Shown here: one piece after another, positions 27,601 through 33,916 of the stretch
Layout: each line of letters begins with the position of its first letter
How positions within the stretch are numbered: the stretch's first letter is position 1
DNA from: an uncultured Erysipelotrichaceae bacterium
GTDB lineage: Bacteria > Bacillota_I > Bacilli_A > RF39 > UBA660
NCBI GenBank assembly: GCA_902783555.1
Contig: CACZRB010000007.1
Span: forward strand, 1 to 34,268
Direction of reading: 5' to 3'
DNA: 34,268 nucleotides
Notes under the pieces: model-generated
Databases searched by the model: none
Told to the model about the DNA's origin: nothing
Seen by the model: only the letters and a program-made list of their open reading frames with translations
Made by a program: the position numbers and the translations under genes

Positions 27601-27831
27601 AATAGCAACTGATGTTAAAAATTCATCCATTGGAAAAAGAAAAACATCATCTGTATATGTTTTTAAATTATCATAATACTTAGTGGCTTTATACAAGTTG
27701 CTAGTTAAAACAATTATATTTTTATCACTTTGTTTTTGAATATAATTTATGTAAAGTGTCTTAAGTTCCTCAGTCAAACCACTAATATTTTTTGAATTAA
27801 AATTTTTAAATATATCATTTAAAAAATCCAT
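24631..27831 (-). CDS. mfd: Transcription-repair coupling factor Mfd
   Basis: UvrB-homology N-terminal region, a CarD/RNAP-interaction domain (GDYVVHSAHGIGIY), SF2 helicase motifs (GDVGFGKTEVA, DEEQRFGV, LSATPIPRT, QLRGRVGRS) and a TRG motif region. 1066 aa. Confidence 0.97.
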   Translation of the reverse strand: MDFLNDIFKNFNSKNISGLTEELKTLYINYIQKQSDKNIIVLTSNLYKATKYYDNLKTYTDDVFLFPMDEFLTSVAIAISPDLKVKRLETLNNIKNAKRKIIVTNLTGFLKFVPSSKTIEKLIIKLEKNTDINRQTFEELLAKFGYNKTSIVSSSGEYSIRGFVIDLFPYNYQNPIRIELFGSTIEKIKLFDAETQLSIEELNSIDILPYDEINLSDNSSIYDLLDNPIVINIDPENIKVAYKTLQEQIFNYKIEKDIPASHKYMFNLEDINIKEEINLSTFNNPGYLDIKSNTLENFNTNFNHLKTYIDNNKQDNTIIFSISNEKTITYLKELFTFSNGKEYTKGNLYLIKNKINHGFILNNYIIISDNDIENKSVKHSYNNTVKIGRKIKDFNDIKKGDYVVHSAHGIGIYNGVVTLTQNGIQKDYLLINYAGTDKIYIPVEKIHTIFKYSDADGTPPKINKLNSPAWAKTKSSVKAKVKDISEQLLKLYAERSKIKSPKFKEYPEDLVFASNFEYTETKDQTRCVNDILNDLRSDKPMDRLLCGDVGFGKTEVAFRAIFNTIINGYQVAYLCPTTILSKQQYSNAIERFKDFAINIEIVNRFTSIKDFNRIINELEEGKIDLIFGTHKLFNEKIKYKNLGLLVVDEEQRFGVSQKEKIKELTKNINVLTLSATPIPRTLKMAMTGLKDLSILDTAPLDRYPVQTYVIEQSDLLIKEAIYKELARNGQVFYLYNNVSNIEDETNRLQRLVPEAKICYAHGQMDKNSLDTVIEDFIDKKYDILVCTTIIETGIDISNVNTLIIIDAQNYGLSQLYQLRGRVGRSNKIAYAYLTYNNKKILNEVATKRLSAIKEFTELGSGYKIAMRDLAIRGAGDLLGSEQAGFIDSVGIEMYTKLIEETLNELHGIENKEEKLNDKTLINVDTHIEESYVSDESVRIEIHQLINKIKDYESLTKIKAEIEDRFGKINDKMEIYMYEEWFEKLASKLNIKDVIQTRTYIELYLPPETSSKINGEKLFLKLYSINPKFSIRYMNKRIIIRLPIINLDKHYLYYFVELLEEIINDIE

Positions 27832-27832
27832 A

Positions 27833-28378
27833 TTAGTTATACTTACTCATTAATCTTTCTATATTTTCATTATTTATAAAATCATTAATAATTAGTTTAG
27901 ACTTATTTAAACTTTCGTTTATTATTTTTAATTCATCCTGACTAAATTTTGATAATACAAAATCTATTACATCATATTTTGGCTTTGAAATACCAATTTT
28001 TAATCTTAAAAAGCTTTTGGAATTTAAATGCTCTATAATATTTTTTATTCCATTATGTCCGCCAGATGAACTATCAGTTTTTAATCTAATTATTCCCAAT
28101 TCTAAATCCATATCATCTTGAATTACTAAAATATCTTTTAAATTAATTTTATAATAATTCATATAATAAGAGACTGCTTCCCCGGATAAATTCATAAATG
28201 TAGTTGGTTTTATGAATAATATATCTTCATTGTTAATTTTAGTTTTATAAATTTTTGCTAACTTTTCATTTTTCCAATTAACATTATCTAAATAATTATC
28301 TACAACCATATAACCTATATTATGTCTAGTATTTTCATATTCTTTACCTGGATTTCCTAATCCAACTATTAGTTTCAT
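27833..28378 (-). CDS. pth: Peptidyl-tRNA hydrolase
   Basis: MKLIVGLGNPG..Y..TRHNIG, and GGHNG.K blocks. 181 aa. Confidence 0.95.
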   Translation of the reverse strand: MKLIVGLGNPGKEYENTRHNIGYMVVDNYLDNVNWKNEKLAKIYKTKINNEDILFIKPTTFMNLSGEAVSYYMNYYKINLKDILVIQDDMDLELGIIRLKTDSSSGGHNGIKNIIEHLNSKSFLRLKIGISKPKYDVIDFVLSKFSQDELKIINESLNKSKLIINDFINNENIERLMSKYN

Positions 28379-29064
28379 ATTTCACCTCGATAATTCTTTG
28401 TAATTATGGGACACGGTACTATACAATTATTTTTCCCATCTTTCATTGATTCTATTAGTATAATATTACAATTTGATTCATAATCGTTATAAGCAAATTG
28501 CATTCTTTTTATGCCAAAATGATATTTTTGAAGTAAATTTATTATTTCAATAATGCGTTCAGCATGATGGACTAAATAAAATGATCCCTTTGGTTTTAAA
28601 ACATCATATGAAATTGAGATTATTTCTTCTAAATTTGTTTCAATTTCATGTCTAGCTATTGATTTTACCATATTTTCATTAATTATGGAATCTTTATTAT
28701 ATTTAAAATATGGAGGATTACATGTTACTATATCAAAATTATTTCCCGGGAAATAATTTGACCAATTTTTGACATTATCATTTATTAATTTGACATTTGT
28801 TATATGATTTATATTTAATGACTCTATTGCCATTTGGTATACACATTTTTGTAGTTCAATTGCAGTAATATCTTTAATCTTATCAGATAGAATAATTGGA
28901 ATTGGAGCGTTACCTGTACATAAATCTAACATTTTTTTGTCAGTATATTTTACTTTTACAAAGTCTGCCAATAAAATTGAATCTAAGGAAAATTTAAAAT
29001 AGTCCTTATTTTGAACTATTTTGTAACCATAATTATATAAATCATTAATTTCATTATTTTTCAT
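28375..29064 (-). CDS. tRNA1(Val) (adenine37-N6)-methyltransferase-like SAM-dependent methyltransferase (YabB/TrmN6 family)
   Basis: FKFSLDSILLADF, the SAM motif LDLCTGNA, the catalytic NPPYF motif, and the ARHE block. It has the conserved position after yaaT. Confidence 0.8.
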   Translation of the reverse strand: MKNNEINDLYNYGYKIVQNKDYFKFSLDSILLADFVKVKYTDKKMLDLCTGNAPIPIILSDKIKDITAIELQKCVYQMAIESLNINHITNVKLINDNVKNWSNYFPGNNFDIVTCNPPYFKYNKDSIINENMVKSIARHEIETNLEEIISISYDVLKPKGSFYLVHHAERIIEIINLLQKYHFGIKRMQFAYNDYESNCNIILIESMKDGKNNCIVPCPIITKNYRGEI

Positions 29065-29824
29065 TGACAGATATAGTTATTTCCTCTCCATCAGCATTAA
29101 TTGTATATGATTCATTTAGAATGTCAATTCCAATTACTTTGTATTCTTTACCTTTATATTTAACATTAGCACCTATTTCAGGAAGTTTTGCACGACAGTT
29201 TGTATATGTATTATCTTCATAAGATAGACAACATAACAATCTTCCACATGCACCATTAATTTTTGCGGGATTTAGTGCAATATTTTGATTTTTAGCCATA
29301 TTTATTGATATTGTATCTAGATGATTTAAAAATGATGTACAACATAGTTGGCGTCCACATGGCCCAATTCCACCCAATTCTTTAGCTTTATCCCTCACTC
29401 CTATTTGATGTAAATCTATTCTAACTTTATATTTGGCTGCAAGCATTTTAACTAATTCTCTAAAATCTATACGTTCATCAGCTATAAAGTTAATAATTAA
29501 TTGTTTATGATCAAAAGTATAAGAAGCGTCTACAAATTGCATATTTAATCCAAGGGATGATGCAAAATTTTTGGCATCTTTTATTGATTCTTTTGCTTCT
29601 TTTAATGTTTTTAGATATTTATTATAATCAGTTTTAGTTGCAATTCTTAAAACGTTTTTTAATTCATAATTTACTTCTCGGTTTTCAACAAAAACAACAC
29701 GACCAAATTGCTCACCCTTTTCGGTGTCAACTATTACATAATCCTTTTCTTTAACTGGTAATTCATTTTTATTAAAGTAATAAATCTTTCCTGAATCTTT
29801 ATAAACAATTCCACATACTTCCAT
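29054..29824 (-). CDS. ricT: PSP1-domain protein YaaT/RicT (stage 0 sporulation / RNase Y regulator complex)
   Basis: GKIYYF N-terminal block, PSP1 domain, and the C-terminal Cys cluster GPCGRQLCC...GACGRLLCCL typical of YaaT. Confidence 0.88.
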   Translation of the reverse strand: MEVCGIVYKDSGKIYYFNKNELPVKEKDYVIVDTEKGEQFGRVVFVENREVNYELKNVLRIATKTDYNKYLKTLKEAKESIKDAKNFASSLGLNMQFVDASYTFDHKQLIINFIADERIDFRELVKMLAAKYKVRIDLHQIGVRDKAKELGGIGPCGRQLCCTSFLNHLDTISINMAKNQNIALNPAKINGACGRLLCCLSYEDNTYTNCRAKLPEIGANVKYKGKEYKVIGIDILNESYTINADGEEITISVNEK

Positions 29825-29825
29825 A

Positions 29826-30560
29826 TTACTTCCTCATTTCTATAATCATTTTGTCTAAACAAAGTTCTAAGTTGACATTTGATTTTATTAAGTCGATTAT
29901 ATTATCTAATATTTTATAAGAGTTTGCAAGTGTCTTTATTTCGTCTATTGATAAATTTTGAGATGATATATATTTTTTATATTTTTCAAGTAGAAAAATA
30001 ATATTTTGTTTTTCTTGAGATATTACTAACTTTTTTAAATTTAATAATTCAGTAAATGTTAATTTTTTTATACTTATTAACATTTTAAAAAGATCTTCAT
30101 CAATCAACTTTGTTTGTTCAGTATTAAATTCCATTTTAAATCTTTTACATCGGCTTTTAATTGTAGATATAATCTGATTCATATTTTCAGTTATTAGGAA
30201 TCCTATTACGTTATCGCATGGTTCTTCTAATACTTTTAATAGTTTATTAAAAGATGATAAATTCATTAGTTCTGCATTAATAATAAAATATACTTTGTAT
30301 TCGTTAATTACGGATTTTGTCACTATAAATTTTTGCAATTCTAAAATTTTATTTCTATCTATTAAGTTATTTTCTGGTCTTATAATGTCTATACATATGT
30401 TGTTATCCATTGTTTGTGATGTGATAATTTTTTGTTTTTTCAAAAAGTTTACTAGTTCATTTAATAATAACTCACAATTATTGGTTTCAACTAAAAAAGC
30501 ATGAGAAATCTTATTCTCACTTATTTCCTTTTTTAAAAATTCAATTAAGTTATTATTCAT
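29826..30560 (-). CDS. holB: DNA polymerase III subunit delta' (short form)
   Basis: ISHAFL block, LLK.LEEP and the SRC motif (IKSRCKRF). No intact Walker A, as expected for delta'. It precedes yaaT as in Bacillus. 244 aa is short for the family. Confidence 0.75.
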   Translation of the reverse strand: MNNNLIEFLKKEISENKISHAFLVETNNCELLLNELVNFLKKQKIITSQTMDNNICIDIIRPENNLIDRNKILELQKFIVTKSVINEYKVYFIINAELMNLSSFNKLLKVLEEPCDNVIGFLITENMNQIISTIKSRCKRFKMEFNTEQTKLIDEDLFKMLISIKKLTFTELLNLKKLVISQEKQNIIFLLEKYKKYISSQNLSIDEIKTLANSYKILDNIIDLIKSNVNLELCLDKMIIEMRK

Positions 30561-30574
30561 TAATTATCACTCTC

Positions 30575-30763
30575 TCATAAAAGAAAGAAAAATGTTAAAG
30601 CTAACATAATTAATCCTGGGAATCCCAATATTGCCACAATTATTAATGTATAGTAGTTTATGGGAATAATAATATTAAAACCTTTTAATATTAAATCTAA
30701 ACTATATATTGCTATGAAAGCAAATATTATTTTTTTTATTATTTTAATTAATTTGGATATCAT
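30575..30763 (-). CDS. bofA: BofA-family small membrane protein (pro-sigma-K processing inhibitor)
   Basis: 62 aa with two TM helices. IIIPINYYTLIIVAILGFPGLIMLAL parallels the B. subtilis BofA segment VPINLVT..ISGFLGIPGIAALV. It sits after recR as in Bacillus. Confidence 0.65.
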   Translation of the reverse strand: MISKLIKIIKKIIFAFIAIYSLDLILKGFNIIIPINYYTLIIVAILGFPGLIMLALTFFFLL

Positions 30764-30796
30764 ATTATAACATATGTTAATTATTGAATTATTATG

Positions 30797-31393
30797 TTAG
30801 ATATTTTTTCGATCCTCAAATGCTCTTTCTAGAGTTAATGAATCTAGATAATCTAGTTCGGCACCAACTGGTAATCCATATGATAGTCTTGATACTTTAA
30901 CTTTAGTTTTTTCAAGTATTTTATTAATATACTGAGTAGTTGTCTCACCTTCTATGCTAGGTTTTAGAGCAATTATCAATTCTATATTTTCTTCTTTTTT
31001 ACAACGATTTAATAATCCATCTATGTTAAGGTCATATGGAGTAATTCCATTAATTGGAGAAATTAATCCATTTAGTACATGATAAACACCGTTATATTTG
31101 CCCATTTTTTCAAAAGCAAAAATGCTTTTATAGTCCTCAACTACACATATTAATTTATTGTTTCGATACTCATTGTCACAAATTGAACATATCTTTTCAG
31201 TTGTTAAATTTCCACAAATTGTACATGGATGTAAATTTTTTTTTGCTTCTATCATTGTTTTAGAAAACATTTTTATATCATCTTCAGAAGATTCAATAAC
31301 TGATAGAGCTAATCTTTCTGCTGATTTTTCACCAATACCAGGCAATTTTTTAAAATATTCAATAAGTTCTTCTAATATTTTTGGATATATCAT
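30797..31393 (-). CDS. recR: Recombination protein RecR
   Basis: HhH block LPGIGEKSAERLA, the C4 zinc finger CTICGN...CSICDN, and a Toprim domain. 198 aa. Confidence 0.97.
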   Translation of the reverse strand: MIYPKILEELIEYFKKLPGIGEKSAERLALSVIESSEDDIKMFSKTMIEAKKNLHPCTICGNLTTEKICSICDNEYRNNKLICVVEDYKSIFAFEKMGKYNGVYHVLNGLISPINGITPYDLNIDGLLNRCKKEENIELIIALKPSIEGETTTQYINKILEKTKVKVSRLSYGLPVGAELDYLDSLTLERAFEDRKNI

Positions 31394-31394
31394 G

Positions 31395-31694
31395 TTAGAA
31401 TAAACCGTTTAAGCCTTTAGCATAAACTTCCATTTTACTTTCTGTATCTTTATTAACTTTATTAATTACTTCATTAAAAGCAATTTTAAGCATATCTTCT
31501 AAGGCTTCTATATCATCAGCATCATTAATAATACTTTTATCAATTTTTATACTAATAATTTCCTTTTTTCCATTAATTTTAATATTTACTGCACCACTTG
31601 ATGCTTCATACTCTGTTTTATTAATCTCCTCTTGTTTTTTTTGAATGTCTCTTTGCATTCTTTGGGCTTGAGCCATTAAATTTTGCATATTCAT
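31395..31694 (-). CDS. ybaB: Nucleoid-associated protein YbaB/EbfC
   Basis: MNMQNLMAQAQRMQ...Q.E......E.SSG.G.V.I..NG...I..I.ID is canonical YbaB. It lies between dnaX and recR. Confidence 0.93.
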   Translation of the reverse strand: MNMQNLMAQAQRMQRDIQKKQEEINKTEYEASSGAVNIKINGKKEIISIKIDKSIINDADDIEALEDMLKIAFNEVINKVNKDTESKMEVYAKGLNGLF

Positions 31695-31704
31695 ATTTTT
31701 CCTC

Positions 31705-33321
31705 CTAATTAATTTCTATAATTTTTTCATCAAATATATCTATTGCGGAATTTATAACTTCAGAAGTTTTTTCTTCTTTTGGTTCCTCAATATAGATATA
31801 TTTTCTATTTTTATTTGCAATAAATTCTTTTCTTTTTTCTTCCCATTCACTTGATGAAATACAAATAAATCTAATTGAATAGTTTGCTATTTTATTAAAT
31901 TCCTGTTCAAGATTATTAGTTTGTTCATTAAATAATAATGCTACTGATGGTGATTTATGAGAAAATAATACATTAGTTGGAGAAACAACTTCTATATTTA
32001 AATCCTCTATTAAGGATAAAATTTCAATATTATTTTTTCCAATCTCTTTGTTTATAAATATTTCCCAATTTTTTTTAAATTTCTCTTTTTCATTTTTAGA
32101 TGCATTTACAAAAGAATTATTTAAGCGAATTTGTTTTAGATTGTTGATTTTATCCATATTTGAAATATTTTTTTGTTTTTGAACTTCATTATTTTGAATT
32201 AATTTATTATTCGTTTTATTTCTCTCATCAATTATTTCCCGGGAAATATTTTCAGATTTAGATTCTTCTAATTCACTTTGGGAAATATTCTGGGAAATAT
32301 TTTGGGAAATATTTTGTGGAATATAGCTATATAGGATTATCTTTATTAAATTAAGTGCATCAGCTTTATTATAACAAACTATTAATTCTTCTGCTAGGTG
32401 CTTTAAATCCTCAGTAATAAAGATACTTTTTTTGCCATTAATTATTTCAATTTCTAATTTATATATATAGTTTATTATTTTGGATATTAATAAGTTAATG
32501 TCTAATCCTTTTTTTAGATATTCATTAAATATTTTTTCGATTGCATTTATATCTCTTTGACTAAGGTATTTAAAAATTTCTTCAACATCATTTTCTGTTA
32601 ATATACCAAAAGTTTCTACTATTAAATCTTTACTAATTTCCTGATTTTCTTTAGAAAGCTGGTCTAATAAACTCAAAGCATCTCGCATACCACCATCTGC
32701 TAAAAGTGCTAAATAATCGGCAGCGTCAGCAGTTATTTTTATATTTTCCTCTTTAGATATTCGTAATATATTTTCTTTTATAATATCATTTGAAATCCTT
32801 TGAAAGCTAAATCTTTGACATCTTGAAAGTATAGTTATAGGAATTTTTTGAATTTCTGTCGTAGCTAATATAAAAATTACATGTTTAGGAGGCTCTTCTA
32901 AAATTTTTAAAAAAGCATTCCAGGCACTTTGCGATAGCATATGAACTTCATCTATTATGTAAACTTTATATTTACTATATGTTGGCAATATTTTTGCATT
33001 GTCCCTTAAATCCCTAATTTCATCAACACCATTATTAGAAGCAGCATCTATTTCAATAATATCTGGTGATTGATCATAGTTTTTACAAGCATTACATTCA
33101 TTGCAAGGAATTCCGTTTATAGGATTCTCACAATTGATTGTCTTAGCAAATAATTTAGCAGTACTTGTTTTACCTGTGCCTCTTGGACCAGAAAATAAAT
33201 AAGCATGGGATAATTTATCATTTATAATTGAATCTATTAATATTTTTTTGATATTATCTTGTCCATAAAGACTGTTAAAATCTTGTGGGCGATATTTTCG
33301 ATATAGTACCTTGTAAGCCAT
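31705..33321 (-). CDS. dnaX: DNA polymerase III subunit tau/gamma
   Basis: YRKYRPQ.F, Walker A GPRGTGKTS, the zinc module CNECNAC, DEVHML, and SRCQRF. Start set at ATG 33321, 5 nt after GGAGG. The ORF-track start at 33333 is a TTG inside the RBS. It contains an in-frame (QNIS)x3 repeat. Confidence 0.95.
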   Translation of the reverse strand: MAYKVLYRKYRPQDFNSLYGQDNIKKILIDSIINDKLSHAYLFSGPRGTGKTSTAKLFAKTINCENPINGIPCNECNACKNYDQSPDIIEIDAASNNGVDEIRDLRDNAKILPTYSKYKVYIIDEVHMLSQSAWNAFLKILEEPPKHVIFILATTEIQKIPITILSRCQRFSFQRISNDIIKENILRISKEENIKITADAADYLALLADGGMRDALSLLDQLSKENQEISKDLIVETFGILTENDVEEIFKYLSQRDINAIEKIFNEYLKKGLDINLLISKIINYIYKLEIEIINGKKSIFITEDLKHLAEELIVCYNKADALNLIKIILYSYIPQNISQNISQNISQSELEESKSENISREIIDERNKTNNKLIQNNEVQKQKNISNMDKINNLKQIRLNNSFVNASKNEKEKFKKNWEIFINKEIGKNNIEILSLIEDLNIEVVSPTNVLFSHKSPSVALLFNEQTNNLEQEFNKIANYSIRFICISSSEWEEKRKEFIANKNRKYIYIEEPKEEKTSEVINSAIDIFDEKIIEIN

Positions 33322-33359
33322 ATTTTCCTCCAATAATATTATAACATAGATATTTAAGA

Positions 33360-33788
33360 TTATCTTTTATTTTCCCAAAATTCATGCATTATTTTTTTAT
33401 AGTTTCTAATAAATTTTTCAGTTGTTTCTATAGTGTTGTCTATGCTTAATATTTTAGTCCCTTTATATTGCTTTTTTTCAGAATTTCTTGGCAGAAAATA
33501 ATATACATTTTCTATTCTACTTTCTTTTATTACACTTTTGCACATTTCGCATGGTTCTAACGTAACATACATAGTACATTTGTTCGTTCTCCAACTTTTT
33601 AACCTTCTATTTGCTTTATGAATAGCAATTATCTCAGCATGATCAGTTGTTATATTGCTTTTATTTCTTTGATTATATGCTTTTGCAATGATTTTATTGT
33701 TATGCACAATTATTGCTGCCACTGGGCTTTCATTATTTTTAATAGCTTTATTTATTAACTTGTTTAATTCATGTATTATTTTTTCCAC
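33360..33788 (-). CDS. tadA: tRNA adenosine(34) deaminase TadA
   Basis: Deaminase zinc motifs HAEIIAI and TLEPCEMC. 142 aa. AGGAG RBS. Confidence 0.92.
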   Translation of the reverse strand: MEKIIHELNKLINKAIKNNESPVAAIIVHNNKIIAKAYNQRNKSNITTDHAEIIAIHKANRRLKSWRTNKCTMYVTLEPCEMCKSVIKESRIENVYYFLPRNSEKKQYKGTKILSIDNTIETTEKFIRNYKKIMHEFWENKR

Positions 33789-33809
33789 ATTATTTTTCTC
33801 CTAAAAAAA

Positions 33810-33880
33810 GCGCACATACATAGAGGCAAATTTGGCTGCTTTCTTCCGAATCTGACCAGGTTATTGCATTTGTATTGCGC
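33810..33880 (-). ncRNA. ffs: Small (4.5S-type, Alu-less) signal recognition particle RNA, boundaries +/- 10 nt
   Basis: The minus strand reads GCGCAAUACA...AACCUGGUCAGAUUCGGAAGAAAGCAGCCAAAU...UGUAUGUGCGC. This contains the conserved domain IV (CCUGGUCAG...GGAA tetraloop...AGCAGCC) closed by a terminal helix GCGCA/UGCGC + AUACA/UGUAU, followed by a U-run. Confidence 0.8.
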
Positions 33881-33886
33881 AATTTA

Positions 33887-33914
33887 ATTTTAACATATTT
33901 AGTTTTAAATGCAA
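33887..33914 (-). promoter_or_regulatory. Candidate sigma-A promoter of ffs
   Basis: Minus strand reads TTGCAT (33914-33909), a 16-nt spacer, then an extended -10 TGtTAAAAT (-10 hexamer 33892-33887). The predicted RNA 5' G (33880) lies 7 nt downstream. Confidence 0.55.
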
Positions 33915-33916
33915 AA

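Noticed and set aside
832-31403. Many 60-160-aa ORFs in the track lie antisense to long recognised genes: 832-1017, 1642-1974, 2733-2948, 3184-3663, 12737-13000, 15719-15913, 17066-17428, 19189-19527, 22804-22989, 25058-25249, 25742-26125, 26617-26820, 27119-27316, 27404-27676, 30295-30504, 31054-31263 and 31158-31403.
   Set aside because: Each is fully embedded in, or heavily overlaps, the opposite strand of a confidently identified gene (eno, fem, rbr, trmB, yabG, metG, mfd, holB, recR and others). Their translations are low-complexity (F/L/I/S-rich), as expected for shadow frames in AT-rich DNA. I saw no Shine-Dalgarno sequences.
32415-32435. A-run in dnaX (GGC AAA AAA AGT on the coding strand) as a programmed frameshift or transcriptional slippage site producing a gamma subunit
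   Set aside because: A7 runs are ubiquitous in this AT-rich sequence. There is no downstream stem-loop or nearby out-of-frame stop arrangement resembling the E. coli A AAA AAG signal. The site also lies in the middle of the protein rather than at the tau/gamma junction.
2001-33333. N-terminal extensions in the ORF track: fem 2001, typA 5751, trmB 17412, divIC 18129, rsmA 20920, tatD 22345, dnaX 33333
   Set aside because: Except for fem, the extended starts are TTG or GTG (typA, divIC, rsmA, tatD, dnaX) or an ATG with no RBS (trmB), and some lie inside the Shine-Dalgarno sequence of the internal start. The fem 2001 start is an ATG but has no RBS. In each case the internal ATG is preceded by a GGAGG-like RBS (weak for typA) and gives family-typical N-termini.
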